47,890 nt of DNA from Nemertoderma westbladi (Eukaryota > Animalia > Xenacoelomorpha): positions 1 through 47,890 of the forward strand of contig JAUCBJ010007197.1 in assembly GCA_032718475.1 (NCBI GenBank). The letters run 5' to 3'. Made by a program: the position numbers and the translations under genes. The notes beneath the pieces were generated by a model. That model was given only the letters and a program-made list of their open reading frames with translations, was not told the origin of the DNA and did no database searches. Positions 22,701-36,210 of the stretch are shown here, one piece after another (position 1 is the first letter of the stretch; each line of letters opens with the position of its first letter).

Positions 22701-24764
22701 TCCTGTACCGCTCTCCTGGCGTGCGGTGCGTTTCTCCGGGGCGACGGCAATCTCCCGAAGTTCGACCCCACTGACTCCCTAACTCCATCTCTACTACCGA
22801 CGGCTCGCTATCCGTCCTCGCTCTCCGGTTGCTCCTAGCAACGACTCTTCTATTATCTTCACTCCTTCTCTCTTCGACCTCTCGGTTAAACTCTACTATT
22901 CTTCTTCTCTCTTCTGACTGGGCTCGACGTCTCGTCGCTCGCCCACTCTCGGCGCTAACATCTGACTCTACTCTGTCCGGCTGGACCTTCCTGGGGATAC
23001 TCGCCATCCCCCTACTATTCTCCATCGTCGGGTGCCGCGGTTCACCTAACTTGCCCCGCGCATTATCCCCCGACGCCTGAGGGACACTCTCTGCCCCCCC
23101 TCTCTCGCTACTAATCTCTCGTGGTGGGGCGCCCGTAGCCCCCCCCCACCCGCTACTTCTAACTTCACTATCTCTTACTACACTTCTATGTCCCTCTTGT
23201 CGGACATTCTCTACCCCCCTTCTCTCACCACTAATCTTCCGTGGTGGGGCGCCCGTAACCCCCCCCCCCCCCCCACCCGCTACTTCAAACTTCACTATCT
23301 CTTACTACACTTCTATGCCCCCCTTGTGGGGCATTCTCTGCCCCCCCTCTCTCGCTACTAATCTTCCGTGGTGGGGCGCCCGTAGCCCCAACTAAGTCAG
23401 GTAAGTAAGTGGGGTATTAATAAACGTTTCCCTAACTCCCGGCTCCTCGTAAATGCTCGAGCCCGCCTCGCTCTCTGACAGCCCCATCTGCGCCAGTTCC
23501 AGTCGGCGCTTCTGTTTGGCTTGATATTGAATAAGCCCCCCTTAGGCGGGCATGCAAATCATCCCGCACACGCTTCCCCGTTGCTCTCTCTCCAGATCCT
23601 CCCATGCACTCTGATCGGCTAATTCTGCCTCTCTCGCAACCCTCTTAAGTCGTCTCACCTCGCGCTCTCTTCGCTCATTATCCGCTCTCACCTCGCGCTC
23701 CTTACGTTCACTCTCCGCCCTCACCTCGCGCTTCTTACGTTCACTCTCACTCGCCGCCTCGCACTCTTCTTGCTCCTTCCTTTCCATCCTCACTATTTCC
23801 TCGCACTCCCTAAAGCTTCTCGCGACTTTCTCGGCCCTCTCTCTGTTCTCTCTAACCAGATCTTTTTCCTTCTCTAGCACACACTCCCTTCCTCTAGCTC
23901 TCTCTCTAACTCTCTCTGGTCTAGCGCCGCCAGATCGAGTTGGCATGCCAGATCTATTTCTCGCACCCATCTTTCTTTTGCGGAGGATGTAGCAGACTTA
24001 TCGGTTACGACGGACTCCCTCCGCCTTCCCGTCCTACTAACTTTCCCTCGCCTCCCAGAACTTTCTCCGAACGACGAGACAGAATCCTCGGGGTTAACCT
24101 CGGATTCGCCCTCCTGCGGTCCCCTCCAACCCACTAATTTTATTCCCCGGGCATCGACCAAGTATGGCCCTATGTACACTACACCAGGCTCCATACCCCT
24201 ACATTCCCATAGTTCAAACAGTTCGCTGGCAACCCCTCTCGCTCTCTCATCGGCTAGTTCTCCCTGCCCAAAACGCGCTAAGTAATCAAAATTTTTATTT
24301 GACTCACCTAGCCGCTTCTCTAACTTAACCTGGTCTATATTGGCCCCTCCTTTGGCTTCTTTTAGCTGTTTCTGGGTCGTGGCGTAGGCTTGTCGGAGCC
24401 GGTCGCTGACCCCGACATCCTCGTCGCCGACGTCTCCTCTATCCCTCCGTGTCCGGCGTTGTACCGGCAGCCCCACCGTCGCCGTTCCGGTGGGCCATCC
24501 GTCACCCTCGGCCTGTGGCTGGCCAGCGACATCGGCACGTCGACCGCCGCTGTGTGTCGACTCGTCTCTCTCCTCTCTCGACTCGTCTCTCCCTTCTCTC
24601 GACTCGCTCCCTTGTTGTAGACGGCCCCCCTCCTCTTGGATTGCCGGATCGCCTGTGGTTGACGAATCCGGCATCGTGGGTCGGTACCGTCACGTCGCGG
24701 CCTCGCGGATCGTTAGGTCACCATCCGGGGTCCGCGGCGGTGTCGTCTCTCCCTCTTGACTCAT
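19763..24764 (-). pseudogene. BEL/Pao gag-protease pseudogene
   Basis: ATG at 24764 in frame with ORF 23874-24674 but followed by a TGA; several frameshifts. Gag core PFKFDGSRPEEYLQF...LTQAECLKYLQVYTGGPA; knuckle GLCHRCVVDGHRSGEC; protease site degenerate (MLVNSGA, D to N). No RT or integrase motifs. Confidence 0.85.
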
Positions 24765-24815
24765 CTTTAGTCTTATCGGTGGATCGGTGGCTTGCAGTCA
24801 GTTCGGGCTGTTGGA

Positions 24816-24824
24816 TTCTATTAC
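24816..24824 (-). promoter_or_regulatory. Non-canonical primer-binding site of element B (complementary to its own LTR)
   Basis: Minus strand reads gtaatagaa directly after the LTR end, complementary to minus-strand ttctattac at 25032-25040; no TGG. Confidence 0.55.
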
Positions 24825-25400
24825 TGTGACGGGATCCGAAGATCCCGATCTATCCGGTTCATTTATTTACGCGTCCCCGCCGTGTGAGTGAAAAGGGTTT
24901 ATTGTCGGATTGAGAGTTCTGATATTGTTGACACTGTACCAGTATAAATATAATAGGATAAGCACAGACACAGTTATTGCAGTATTGAATTAATAGGCTA
25001 CTGTATAAGTGAATGATGGCAGCAGCGAACGGTAATAGAAGTTACCGCCCTGCTCTAACTGAGCTGACTAACTAAGTGAATAAAGTGACACAGTGACTGG
25101 TAATATATATTGCACTAGTTGGCCGTATTACATTACTCAGTGGATGCCTCCCCCCCATTGGCTAATAACTCACTTCTCACCCTCCCATCTCTCTGGGAGT
25201 GCCTCCCCCCGCTGCTGTCACTCTCTCCCTCCCGGAGGTGCAACCTCTGTCCCCCACTGTGTGTGTTCCTTTGGGGTTTGTCGCCCCTTTTATTGGGGTG
25301 ACACGAGGTTGATTGGTAATCAACCTCGTGCTCCCAATATTGCTTAAGGGTCTCGCTGGCCCAACTTTGTGGGGTGGTTAGCGGAATTGATTCGCTAACA
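24825..25400 (-). repeat. 5' LTR of element B (576 bp)
   Basis: Bounded by tgtgacggg and gctaaca; colinear with the LTR at 43289-43828 (shared acgcgtccccgccgtgt and ctcccaatattgctta). Confidence 0.88.
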
Positions 25401-25699
25401 GAGGATGAAGGCCCAGGAGTTTCGCTGGGGGTTCTTCAACCTAAATCAGCATATACATCATCAATTGATCCACCGTTAGTTACCATTTACCTACCAGGAA
25501 GTGCTAACTTGCACTGGGAGGGGTCACCAGCACTGGAGGAGGAGGAGGCTGGATGGACAAAGGCGGGGAAGGTGGAGTTCAGGAGTACTGTATGTATAAA
25601 GTTGAAAAATCAAACACAAATAATTAATAGTCTAAATATGGGTGGTGATGTAATTATATGGATTGTTTATTATCCAATTACTGATTGTTTTTAATTATT

Positions 25700-27050
25700 T
25701 CGATTGTTTATTATCTTTCTGATAGTCACTGTTGGCATAGCACGATCGCAGATGGATTATCCTCCTGGACCTAGATACGTATGGTGCCGCTGGGACTGGG
25801 TCGGTGATCGAGTAGGTTTACGAGTTATGTGCGGGGCTGATGGTGAGGGAACTGGTCTATCTACAATGTCGGCCCAGGTTGGTGTCGTTTCTGAATGTGT
25901 TGGTGAGGTGCTCGTGGGTGGCTCTGGTGGAGTCGGCAGTGGTACTTGTGGTGTGTCTTTACCGCTATGGGGCGTCGTAAAGTGCTGGATCCGCAGTAGG
26001 ATGCAGTTATGTCTGACTACACAGTCACTCTGTTAGCATATAAGGTAGTTGTGGTTGGGATAGGCCTCCACCACAGTGCCTTGGCCCGTCCAACACTTGG
26101 TGGTTGGGTCCTGGATGAGGAGTGGTTGGCCCATGGGGAGGGTGCGTAGAGGACGTGTATAGCTGTTAATTCGCCTGTAGCCCGTCTTTGTTCCCAGCAG
26201 CGTGTTCGGCGAGCTCTTGGAAGGTGCGGTGCCATTTGGGGTCAAATGATGAGAAATGGATGGGGAGGATTTTGCGGATGTTCCTCCCATATAGCAGTTC
26301 GGCTGGCGAATGTCCGCCTTAATGCGCTGTGTTGTGGTAAGCAAGGATACCCTGAGCGATGCTATCTGAGTCATGGTTTGCCCCTCTGATTATTTTCTTC
26401 ATGGCCTTTACAGCCTCATCCGCTCGTATTGTTTGTACAGGGTAGGTGTGGGCTGGGTGGCTCCAGGCATACTCCCCAGCGGTGAACTTTTGGGCCACTT
26501 CTGAAACGAGTTGCAGGCTGCCATCTGGGTGGAGAATGGTTGGGACAGCAGTGGCAAGGAATAAGACCCGGAAACAGGGTATGATTGCAGCTGAAGTGGT
26601 GTTGGTACCGAGACGGTATAGTGAGTACAGTGTACACATTGGTGCAAACGAGGTAGCCCGCTGCCCCTATGATGCACAGATCCACATGGATGCACTGGAA
26701 TGGTCGTATAGCATCTGGGTTGTATACGGTGTAGGGGCTCAGGGACATGAGATGGAAGGGCTGACTGACACGACTGACAGTTTTCCACAACTTGCTTTAT
26801 GTCATTTGCGATAGTGGGCCACCAGACTGCCCCGTTGGCCCAGTCCCGAGTCTTATTGATGCCCTGGTGGGTAGCGTGGAGTTGCCAAAGTGTATTGGGT
26901 CACATATCGGTTGGTATATAAAGTTGTGGTCTGCATAGAATGATACCATCTTGAGCCATCAGGTCAGACCAGTACTGGTAGTGATCCAGTAAGCAACCGA
27001 GGGTGGACTCTCTATAGCCGAGGGGCACTTGTATAATAACTAATAATCAC
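25700..27050 (-). mobile_element. Degenerate Gypsy integrase region
   Basis: Broken frames: QLHATHQGINKTRDWA, CQSCQSALPSHVPEPL, RPFQCIHVDL, AVKAMKKII, LPMGQPLLIQDPTTKCWTGQGTVV. Confidence 0.8.
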
Positions 27051-28154
27051 GAACCCCATCCTCTTATAATATATAACTCTGTAGTAGTCAGTAGCAGTAG
27101 TAATAATAGTAGTAGTAGTAGTAGTATAAGTAGTAAGTAATAGTAAAGGAGATCGGTTTAAACCAAAGTGATAAAGTAACATTATTATATAACATAATCA
27201 TATAGACAAAGTAGAATAAGATACAGATTCATAATTATTTTATCAAACTCATGTACTACTTACTTCAATGTGCCAATTGTAATAATAATTAAACATATTA
27301 TTCCGATTAATCTGCGTTTGGCCCTATAAGATATTATACTGAAGTGTTTTATATCAATATATCCATGCGAGTAAACAAGAAGTGAAGTAAATGTTTATTA
27401 TTATAGTTTTAGAAATTGAATGATATACCCAAGATAGTGAAATAGATAATATACAAGAAATTGCCATTTGATCAGATATATCAAAGCGGCGTCTTTAGTA
27501 TAATACTGTAATAGTATCAATTAACTCTGTTATACAATGTAAATATACTAAATCTATTTATAAATATATTATGAGCCCTACATTGTATATTTCTCCTACA
27601 GGTAGACAATGTAGTATGTTAAAACTTGATATAATTTGGTATAATGTATAACATATTACAAATAAGACTGAGGCAGCTAAACTATATTGCAAAGAAATCA
27701 AATATCCTAAAGTAATATACTAGACCCTCCCTCCACCCTATAAATAGTGTTCACCACCTACCCCACCCACCGCCCTTATTACTTCATTATAATGAAAGAT
27801 AGTACTGGCGCTCCGGTCACTCCGTTCCCTCCGCTGGGGGGGTTAAGTAGTAGGTTCTGACACTATGCAAAATCCGAGCACAGAGTTAGAAGCGCATTGG
27901 ATAGGCGAACATTTCTTGCAGTGAAAGTATTTCCATACCTATTATAGTTTTCGAGATAGTCAGACATGAGTAGCAAAAATTTGAATTTTTTTCGGTAAAG
28001 TCTGATTTCACCAGTACCTGTCATCCGAAATATGGATTGTGATATATCGTTGGATGCGGGTCCACTAACTGTACATTCACATATTTTCAAGGAAAAAATT
28101 CGATCAAGGGTTTTCGAAATATTTTCGAATTACCGGAAGCAGACTTTGGACGAC

Positions 28155-29420
28155 CATATCTCCGGTACCGATAGGCCTATTGAGTCGAAATTTTTTTTAA
28201 TCTACTTAGAACACTCCAGTGAATGTTTTTTAGTTTGAAAGTTTTGCCCCAAAATGCTCAGAAGTAATTTCGAAAAAACTGATCATTTCGCGATCATGAT
28301 CTTTTGACCCCCTAGAATTGAACTTTTTTATGGTCAAATTTTGGCTACCCCCCCTAATTCGAGGGTGAGGAATCTTTTTGTAATGTTAAGTTTTTTCATA
28401 CGGTGAACTCACAGGACTTGGTCTTCGAAATAAAACCGAAAACATGATCTTTCCTGATCATGGCCTGATCAATTCGCTTTTTGAAAATTTCGAAATGCTT
28501 AAAAGTTGCCCCTTCTTAATAGAAGTCGATTAGTAAAAAAAAAATCGGTGGTCTCAAACAAAGTTTTCGAGAAAATCGGGAAAAACCGAAAAACACGATC
28601 TTTTATGATCAGGTATCAGATCTCGAGAACCGGTTGTCCGATCGAGCCAATTTTTTTTTTAATCAACTCAGAATAGACCATTAAACATTTCTTACAATGA
28701 ATGTTTATTAGAAAAATGCTTAGATTCGATTTTAAATATACTGATCTTTTCGCGATCATGATCTTGAGTTTTGACCCACTAGACTTGAACTTTTTTATGC
28801 CCAAATTTTGGCTACCCCACATAATTCGAGGGTGAGGAATCTTTTTGTGATGTTAAGTTTTTCCATACGGTGAACTCCCAGGACTTGGTCTTCGAAATAA
28901 AACCAAAAACACGATCTTTTCTGATCGCGGCCTGATCAAATCGCTTTTTGAAAATTTCGAAATGCTCAAAAGTTGCCCCTTCATCATAGAAGTCGATTCG
29001 TAAAAAAAAAATCGGGGGTCTCAAACAAAGTTTTCGAGAAAATTGGAAAAAACCGAAAAATATGATCTTTAATGATCAGGTATCAGATCTCGAGAACCGG
29101 TTGTCCGATCGAGCCAATTTTTTTTTTAATCGACTCAGGGCGGTGTTCTGAACGTTTCCTACAGTAATTGTTTATATCCAAAATGCTTAGTTACGATTTT
29201 ACGAAGTCCGATCTTGGCGCGATCATGATCTTGCGTTTTGACCGGGAAGAATTCACTTTTTTTAAAATCTTTTAACGGGAATCATGACTAATGTGGGGTC
29301 GCTGATTCTTTTTGTAATGTTAAGTTTTGCGATTGGAGCAAGCCTTGAGTGTCCGATTGCTGATCAAAACTGATCTTTGCTGATCATGGTCAAGATCATG
29401 ATCTGATCGCTCCAAAAAAG
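28155..29420. repeat. Unclassified repeat with ~467-bp internal tandem duplication (~2.7 copies), probably the interior of a non-autonomous DNA element
   Basis: aggtatcagatctcgagaaccggttgtccgatcgagcc at 28611 and 29078, with a diverged copy near 28155; GATC-rich. Termini not identified. Confidence 0.75.
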
Positions 29421-29789
29421 ATTATTTGAAGGTAAACCCATATGCTGCCTATCGATTGGCGCCGGTCCCAAGTCCGTAGCATTAGCGGTTCTGGAGATAG
29501 TTGCATAGCAACGCGGTTGCTAGGGAGGCTGACTTTTTGACTCAAATTGGCCATAGCCGGAGAACCGTAGACTTTTTTAACACATTATGTATGGCGAAAA
29601 GTCTTCTGGATAAATTTTGGGGGGGGGTCTAGGAACATCCTATTGTTCGTTTTCGCTTAGTTGCTGAGATCCTCTCGTCCCCCAAATTCCAGGAATCTAT
29701 AAAGGCATTCTGCTGGACTAGTTCCGTGGCCGGAAAAGTTGTCGGTGTTCTGCGAACAGAGAACCTAATCGGTTTAGGGCCCTGACATC

Positions 29790-30510
29790 CAGAAAGACCA
29801 AAATTTTGACAGTTAACTTTGAAAGTCCTCAGCAAGTCTCTGATTGGATGAGCATAAGCTCAAAGGATGGTATGCTTGAGCATGTGGACGACTTCTGTTA
29901 CCTGAGATCATGGATCCGGAAGTCAGGCCTTACGGCCTTCGAATACGTAAGGGAAAGGCATGGGCAGCCTTGAATAGGCTTTTCAGGATTTGGAAGTCAC
30001 CGAGAATTAGTCGGAAACTTAAGGTCCGATTATTATGAGCAGCAGTAGTTCCAGTACTCCTCTATGGGAGTCCATGCTGGGCTCTAACTGCTGAGGATAC
30101 CAAATCTCTGGATGGCACATTCACAAGAATGCTACGCCGGGTTCATTGTGTCAAGTACAATGCACACATCTCCAACCAGACACTATATAACATTGGAGGT
30201 GTCTCATTGGTTCCCCCAAGCTTGACACTAGAACAAAATCGCCTCCGCTTTGCAGGACATTGCTTTCGCCATGAGGACCAGCCAGTGCATAATCTTGTAC
30301 TTTGGCAGCCCCATGGATTGAATCAGCATGGTGGACAGCCCATGACTTTCTTGAGACGCATCTTAAAGGACACTGGCCATGAAGATGCGGATGATCTAGC
30401 AAATGTCATGGGTGATAGGGAGTTGTGGCGGCGCAATTTCGTCGACAAGCCGGCACAGCATTCTTAAAAATGCAGTTGCAATGCAGCATGCCAATCCTAG
30501 TAGTACTGGT
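29790..30510 (+). mobile_element. RTE LINE 3' fragment
   Basis: KTKILTVNF...LEHVDDFCYL, VLLYGSPCWAL, QNRLRFAGHCFR...LVLWQP, ending in a tagtagta tail. Confidence 0.85.
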
Positions 30511-31371
30511 AGTAGGGGCGGACCAGGTGATTAGTGATGTCATGTTTGGATGTTGGCCAGATGGTAATGGTGGTGATGAGGGCATGGTATATTGGGTCAC
30601 ATATTGGGCCCTATTCCGCTGATTTCCTCTAAGCGGGCATCCTGGGAGTTGAGGGATGGAATTGTGGCAATGGCAGTATTGATAATGTATTCGTGGTCGA
30701 CATCATCTTCCTGGGTGAGTAAAATGTCGTCAGTGGCTGGGGGGTGGAGGGGGGCCCTGTAGAAGGCGTCTGTGATAAGGTGTTTGGCACGTTTTTAGTG
30801 CCTGGCTGTAAACAAACTTCTTCAACCCCTTCAATCTTTCAATGACGGTGAATACGCTGGCAGTGGATGGGATACGTGAGACCACGTGAAAGGGAGATGG
30901 GGAGAAGTAGGTTGTGCGGATGGTGTATAGGTTAAATTCCCTGAGATCAACAGTAATGCGGACTGATTCACCATCTTTTTTCCGAGTAACTACCACTGGG
31001 CTCAGCCAGTCACTGGGGCAGTTCTCATTGTTGGCTGGTTCGAGGATCCCTGCAGCCACCTGCTCATACAGTTTGCTGGAATGCTCCTGCTGGTGTAGGA
31101 GTTCTTTGGTTTGGCACCAGGGAGGAGTTTAATTGTCATGTCCCCACCCTTCATCACTCTGCAGATACCGGGCAAGGGGAGGAGAAACCGAGATTTCAGG
31201 GCCGCCCAGGCCGTGTCGCAGTCTACTGCAAGGATCGGTACCAGTAGTGGTGGGGTTTGGTTGTAGCTGGTACGTCAATTCCCATGTGGAGCGCTCCGAT
31301 TCGATATCAAAGGGTGGTGGTGGCGAGTTTCGCAAAATGAAGGATGATGGGTCATGGTGGTCGGTTGCCAT
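30511..31371 (-). mobile_element. Degenerate Gypsy gag/RT fragment
   Basis: GILEP...SDWLSPVVVTRKKDGESVRITVDLREFN is a Gypsy RT N-terminal motif; heavily deleted. Confidence 0.8.
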
Positions 31372-32615
31372 ATCAGCGTATTATAGTATAGCCATGTTAG
31401 TTAAAATAAATAATTTATTTAGTATTGCAGTATTAGGTCAAGCCTTAGAGAGTGGTATGGAGAGGCCTATGGTATCTGAGCCTAGTCCACATGCACGCAT
31501 AGGTAGTAAATACTGAAACTGCGCCATGTTTAATAATGTAAATGAGTGCCATAAGCCTAATAATACCAACTGACGGCAAACCGGTAGGTTGGTTCACCAT
31601 ATATCACACAAACATATAATTTTCTTCATATTTGATTGGTGATTCACAACATCAAGAGAACAGCAAACAGCATTTCTTGTGCTCGGCAAAGGTCTGAACC
31701 CTTCAAATATTACTACTATAAAAAATATAGAACCAAAATTAGCATTTGAATATTAATTCAACCATATAAGGAGTGATTTCCTTTAATCTAAATTTGGTTT
31801 TCAGCCACTACCCTGCCCTGCCCTGTCATGCTGTAAAAAAATTTAAAATTAAACTGATAACTGATAAACTGATAAACTTTTAACTGATAACAAAACGGTT
31901 TGCAGATTGAAAATCCGGAATAAATTGCACAAGATAGATATTTATTTCGCAGGGGAGTTTACCCCCCCACACCCCCTTTAGTGGAGTCGGTGGAAAGAAA
32001 GCACACCCCTTTTTAAATTCAGTATAATTTTAAATTAAGTGAGATGAGCTTGGATATGAAATGTTTGCCATACACTATACACATTACACACTTACTAATC
32101 CTATCTGTTTATACTTACCTCGCCCACAGATGCCATTGGCCGCCAGTTATTATAACAGACGATGTTTTATCATGCCATCCTGGTGAATGTTTTCCGTGCA
32201 AGTTTGCGGTGCCAGTGCGGTGTCTAAGTATTTTTCCACCATAGTATTGAAATTCGAACATAATTATACCATCCTGTAAATATGAATGCGAAATATTATT
32301 TCGGGTCGGAGCCCCCCCCCCCCCCCCCCCCCCCCCCCTTTTCAAATTTCAATAAAATGCTACGAAATTTGGTATGATGATAGATCGACACCTTTTCTTA
32401 CTGGTGGCCTGGCCGGATTTTTCAATTTCTCAGTTATTTACCTACAACAAGCCCTTAAAAAAATATATTTAGCAATGTTTAACCACCTCCGTAGACTTTA
32501 TTTTACGTCTTTGGAATGTAATCTAGATATCATAGAACCGAACCGCATTCGTCTGTAGATTCCGAATCTGAAAACCGTTTTAAATTTCACCAATATTTTC
32601 CTGAGATATTATCAA

Positions 32616-32828
32616 CATTCAAAAATATACATTTTTTGACTTAAATCATTACATTATTCTAATGTATTTTTTTACCTTATTCTAGAATATTAATTATTAT
32701 TTAGCTAAGCGTTTAAAACTCTGACAAGTTTTGAACGCTTAGCTAAATAATAATTCATATTCTAGAATAGAGTCATAAATACATTAGAATAATGAAGATT
32801 TACGTCATAAAATGTATATTTTTGAATG
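32616..32828. repeat. Long imperfect palindrome (~100-bp arms)
   Basis: cattcaaaaatatacatttt...tattctagaatat...tatttagctaagcgtt mirrored by aacgcttagctaaata...atattctagaata...aaaatgtatatttttgaatg. Confidence 0.9.
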
Positions 32829-35372
32829 CGATCGAAAAAAAATTCGATAAAATGTACTGGGGTGGCTATATTGCAGCACCAAAATTACAAGTAGTGAACA
32901 ATTGTCATAAAATTTGAAAGTTACAATTTTCGGCTGATTGTTTTTCAATACAGGTTTGTTGGGGAGCAAATTCTATTGGAAAATATTTAAATATATTCTG
33001 ATTACTATAAATGGCTGTTTTAGTCCTCTACGTAGGCAAAAAATGTAACCAACACTTTTCAGTTTGAACACAAAATTCTTAATTCACTTAAACGATGCTA
33101 TAAATTCACATTTTCAGGTTATCTAGGGCGCTGATTCTAATGGAATACATTTCTAATATGCCAGATCATTGCTACTTGTATTTTTCGGCGTAATATGGCA
33201 GATTTCGGTGCTAGTACCAAATTTCGTACCCATCACCAAAAAGTACAAGGTTGCCATGTCCAGTGCTGTTTTTATTGATTCCATCGCATTCAGAACCCTC
33301 ATAAACCCGTTCAACACAAGAAACAAGATGATGTTATATATTGATCAATTTGTTTATTTTCAAAATTTGGTGCTGGCACAACAATTTTCACCCACCGACG
33401 AAAAATACTAGTTTGAAAACTCTTATGAAATTTTAACATTAGGGCACAGAAACTGACGGATTCTTCGCGATATTTCGCAAACGTTGCTCGCAAACGTCGG
33501 GACTTTAATACTAGTTTTTATTTTCATACTAGCTAATATTTTATAATTTGAGTGATTTGATACATTAAATAATTGAATAGAATATTTATATCAATATGTT
33601 TGCTTTATTTATTTGAAAATAATTGTTAGTGCAACATACTTTATAATGGTTTCAATGAAACAATTATTCCATAATTTTAGTTATTCCACTACTTAGTCGA
33701 GTCAATCTAGCAAAAAGCCCATAAGTATTTCGCAATCAATCCGAACCACACATTTTGGATTCTATATTAACTTATAAATGACCAAAAAAAAGTCTATAAA
33801 ATTTTATTTTGCGGATCATATGTTTATTCATGGAAATTCTGCGTAAATTTGCATAAGACAAGCCAAACAAAAGGAACAGTAGGGAAAAGTAAGTAGCAAA
33901 TTGGTGCTGTTCCAGAATAATTTAATTAATTTCACAATAAGATGTGATTCAATGGATAATTAGTAATATGAATATGCTATATGGCGTGTTACACATTAAT
34001 TGCTATATCTCGGAAACTAGAAGTCGCATTAAATTTTTAAATATAACAAATACTTCACGATATATTAAGGTAACCGTTGTAAAAAATTATACAATTCCAC
34101 TTTAAGGAAATTTCATAATTTCCATTAATGTTAGTGAAGATTTTTCACATAATTAAATTGTGATTGCTCTATTGATTTTAGGTGTGATTTATTTATTTGT
34201 TTTAGTTTGAAAACCACAATAGTTTATCATATAACGAATACTTTTTTTGGGGATAAGAGTTTTTGAGGTCGATAAATCCGATGGGCGAGATTACATCCAC
34301 CCATTTAGTAGAGAAGTTGTGTAAATAAGATCCTTATATTGTACCAGCAAAATTGGTATTAAAAATGGATAAATTATTAGACAAATTTCCGTTGCTCTGG
34401 AAACTAAATTGGTAATTATATAGAAGTGCATACACTTCTGTCAATCGATAGTCATTAGAGTAAAGTTTGTCTGTACCAAATTTGGAGAAAATCCCACCAA
34501 CAGACCCCTTGTTGCTATGTAAAATTCATGTTGCTAAGGAAAGAAACAGGAAATTGAAGGTGATCCGCATAATATATTTTTATAGACATTTTTGGGGGTA
34601 TTAAACAAGGTAATGTAGAATAAAAAAAAGTTGGTTTGGATGAATTGCGAATTTGTTATGGGTTGACCCCCTTTTTCGGCTAGATTGACTCGCCTAACTG
34701 TAGCTTCCATAAAAAACACAAGATAACAGAAATGTATACAATTGACCATAATACATAAATAAAAGTTAAAATTTTGTAAGGGAAACTCTTCTAGTAAAGG
34801 GCACTAGAGGGATATATTTCGTCGGGTGTGTGAGATACTCGAAAGACCCTTATCCGATCCCTTAGGCGCTTCTCTAGTAGAATGACTACCCCCCCCCTTC
34901 CCACGTGACTTCCTGTTTCGCTCAGGGAACCTGCTGTCAGTCAACCAGTGGCCTGTTGAGGATATGCGTTAGACCCCGGAATCAGTGTAACAAATACGAG
35001 GGTTCAGTTTGAAGTTTGTAGTATAATGGCATTTACTAGAAAATAGCCTATATCTCTCACCAATAATAGTTATTGCGCGTACCCGGTGCGAAGCGAAGTA
35101 GCGTAATACCAATAACACGATAATATAAGGTATCACTAAACATTAGGGAAAGTTATAGGAAAGTATAGGGAAGGTGACATTTAATGTAGAAATGAACAAT
35201 AAGGAATGAAGTTCTTAATCAGAAACACAATATGCAATAAGTACATCATTTCAATAATTAATATCAAAATATCAAATGCGACTGCATACGGAACTCTAGC
35301 CCTATTTAAATCTTAATCATTGTTACTATGGCTTCAATATTAGTTATAGAACACCATATAGAAGTTATTTAA

Positions 35373-36210
35373 CCCTATTAAACACGGGGGGGGGGGGGGG
35401 GGTCAATATGACCCCCCCCCGTGGTTTTTCAATTATAATTCTGAAACAAACGCAGTTGGGAATCGGAAATTTTATGACTTTTCTTAAAAATTTATTGTCT
35501 TCCTAGATGTGAAAACCGTTTTGAAAAATATTGGGTAGTTTTTGAGTTATAGCCCCATTTTTTAACCCTACTTTTGGCACTTTTTTTTGAGACGTTTTTT
35601 GAAAATTACATTTCATTAAATATTAATAGTAACATCTCTATTTTTGATTTACACCGGTTTTTTGGTGTTAGCAATTAGATGGAATTCATATAAATTGATT
35701 TAGAAATTTCAAACTTGTTTTTTTCGGCGGGTGCCAATTTTTGGTGCCAGCACCAAATTTTGAAATATGTCAATTTTGTAAATTGATTGTTTGAAACTTG
35801 TTTTTTATGCAATTGGGGTTTTTTGGGGTTCTGGTTTCGATTAAATATATACGAGTTGCACCAAGCGTATCAAATTATATTTTTCTTTGCTGTGTGCAAA
35901 TTTTGGTGCTAGCACGAAATTTTGAAAATCCATTCAATAGAAAAAATTCCTTGTGACAACTTATTTCTTGCGTTTTAGAGGTTTATGGCTGTTCTGAATT
36001 CAATGGAATATATAATTATCGAACTAGACATCTCAAACGTGTATTTTTCGGAAGTGGGTGCAATATGTGGTGCAAGCACCAAATTTTGAAAACCATCAAA
36101 TATATCAAATGATTGTTTCACCTTCTTTCTTGCGTTATACGAGTTTGTTAGTGTTCTGAATTCAATGGAATCAGTAAAGATTTCATAAGAGTTTTCAAAC
36201 TTGTATATTT
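35373..36210. mobile_element. Possible piggyBac-like non-autonomous element, left end only
   Basis: ttaa|ccctatt followed by a G-run/C-run inverted pair; internal sub-repeats ggtgc(c/t/a)agcac also occur inverted at ~33190-33435. Right end not found. Confidence 0.4.

Larger units (their letters stand above)
19632..25400 (-). mobile_element. BEL/Pao LTR retrotransposon, 3'-truncated and degenerate (element B)
   Basis: 5' LTR at 24825-25400, gag and protease remnants downstream on the minus strand, no 3' LTR in the window. Left boundary approximate. Confidence 0.85.

Noticed and set aside
33440-35340. Possible additional MITE or Helentron-like elements
   Set aside because: Looks repeat-derived but no TIR pair, TSD or diagnostic termini could be established by eye.
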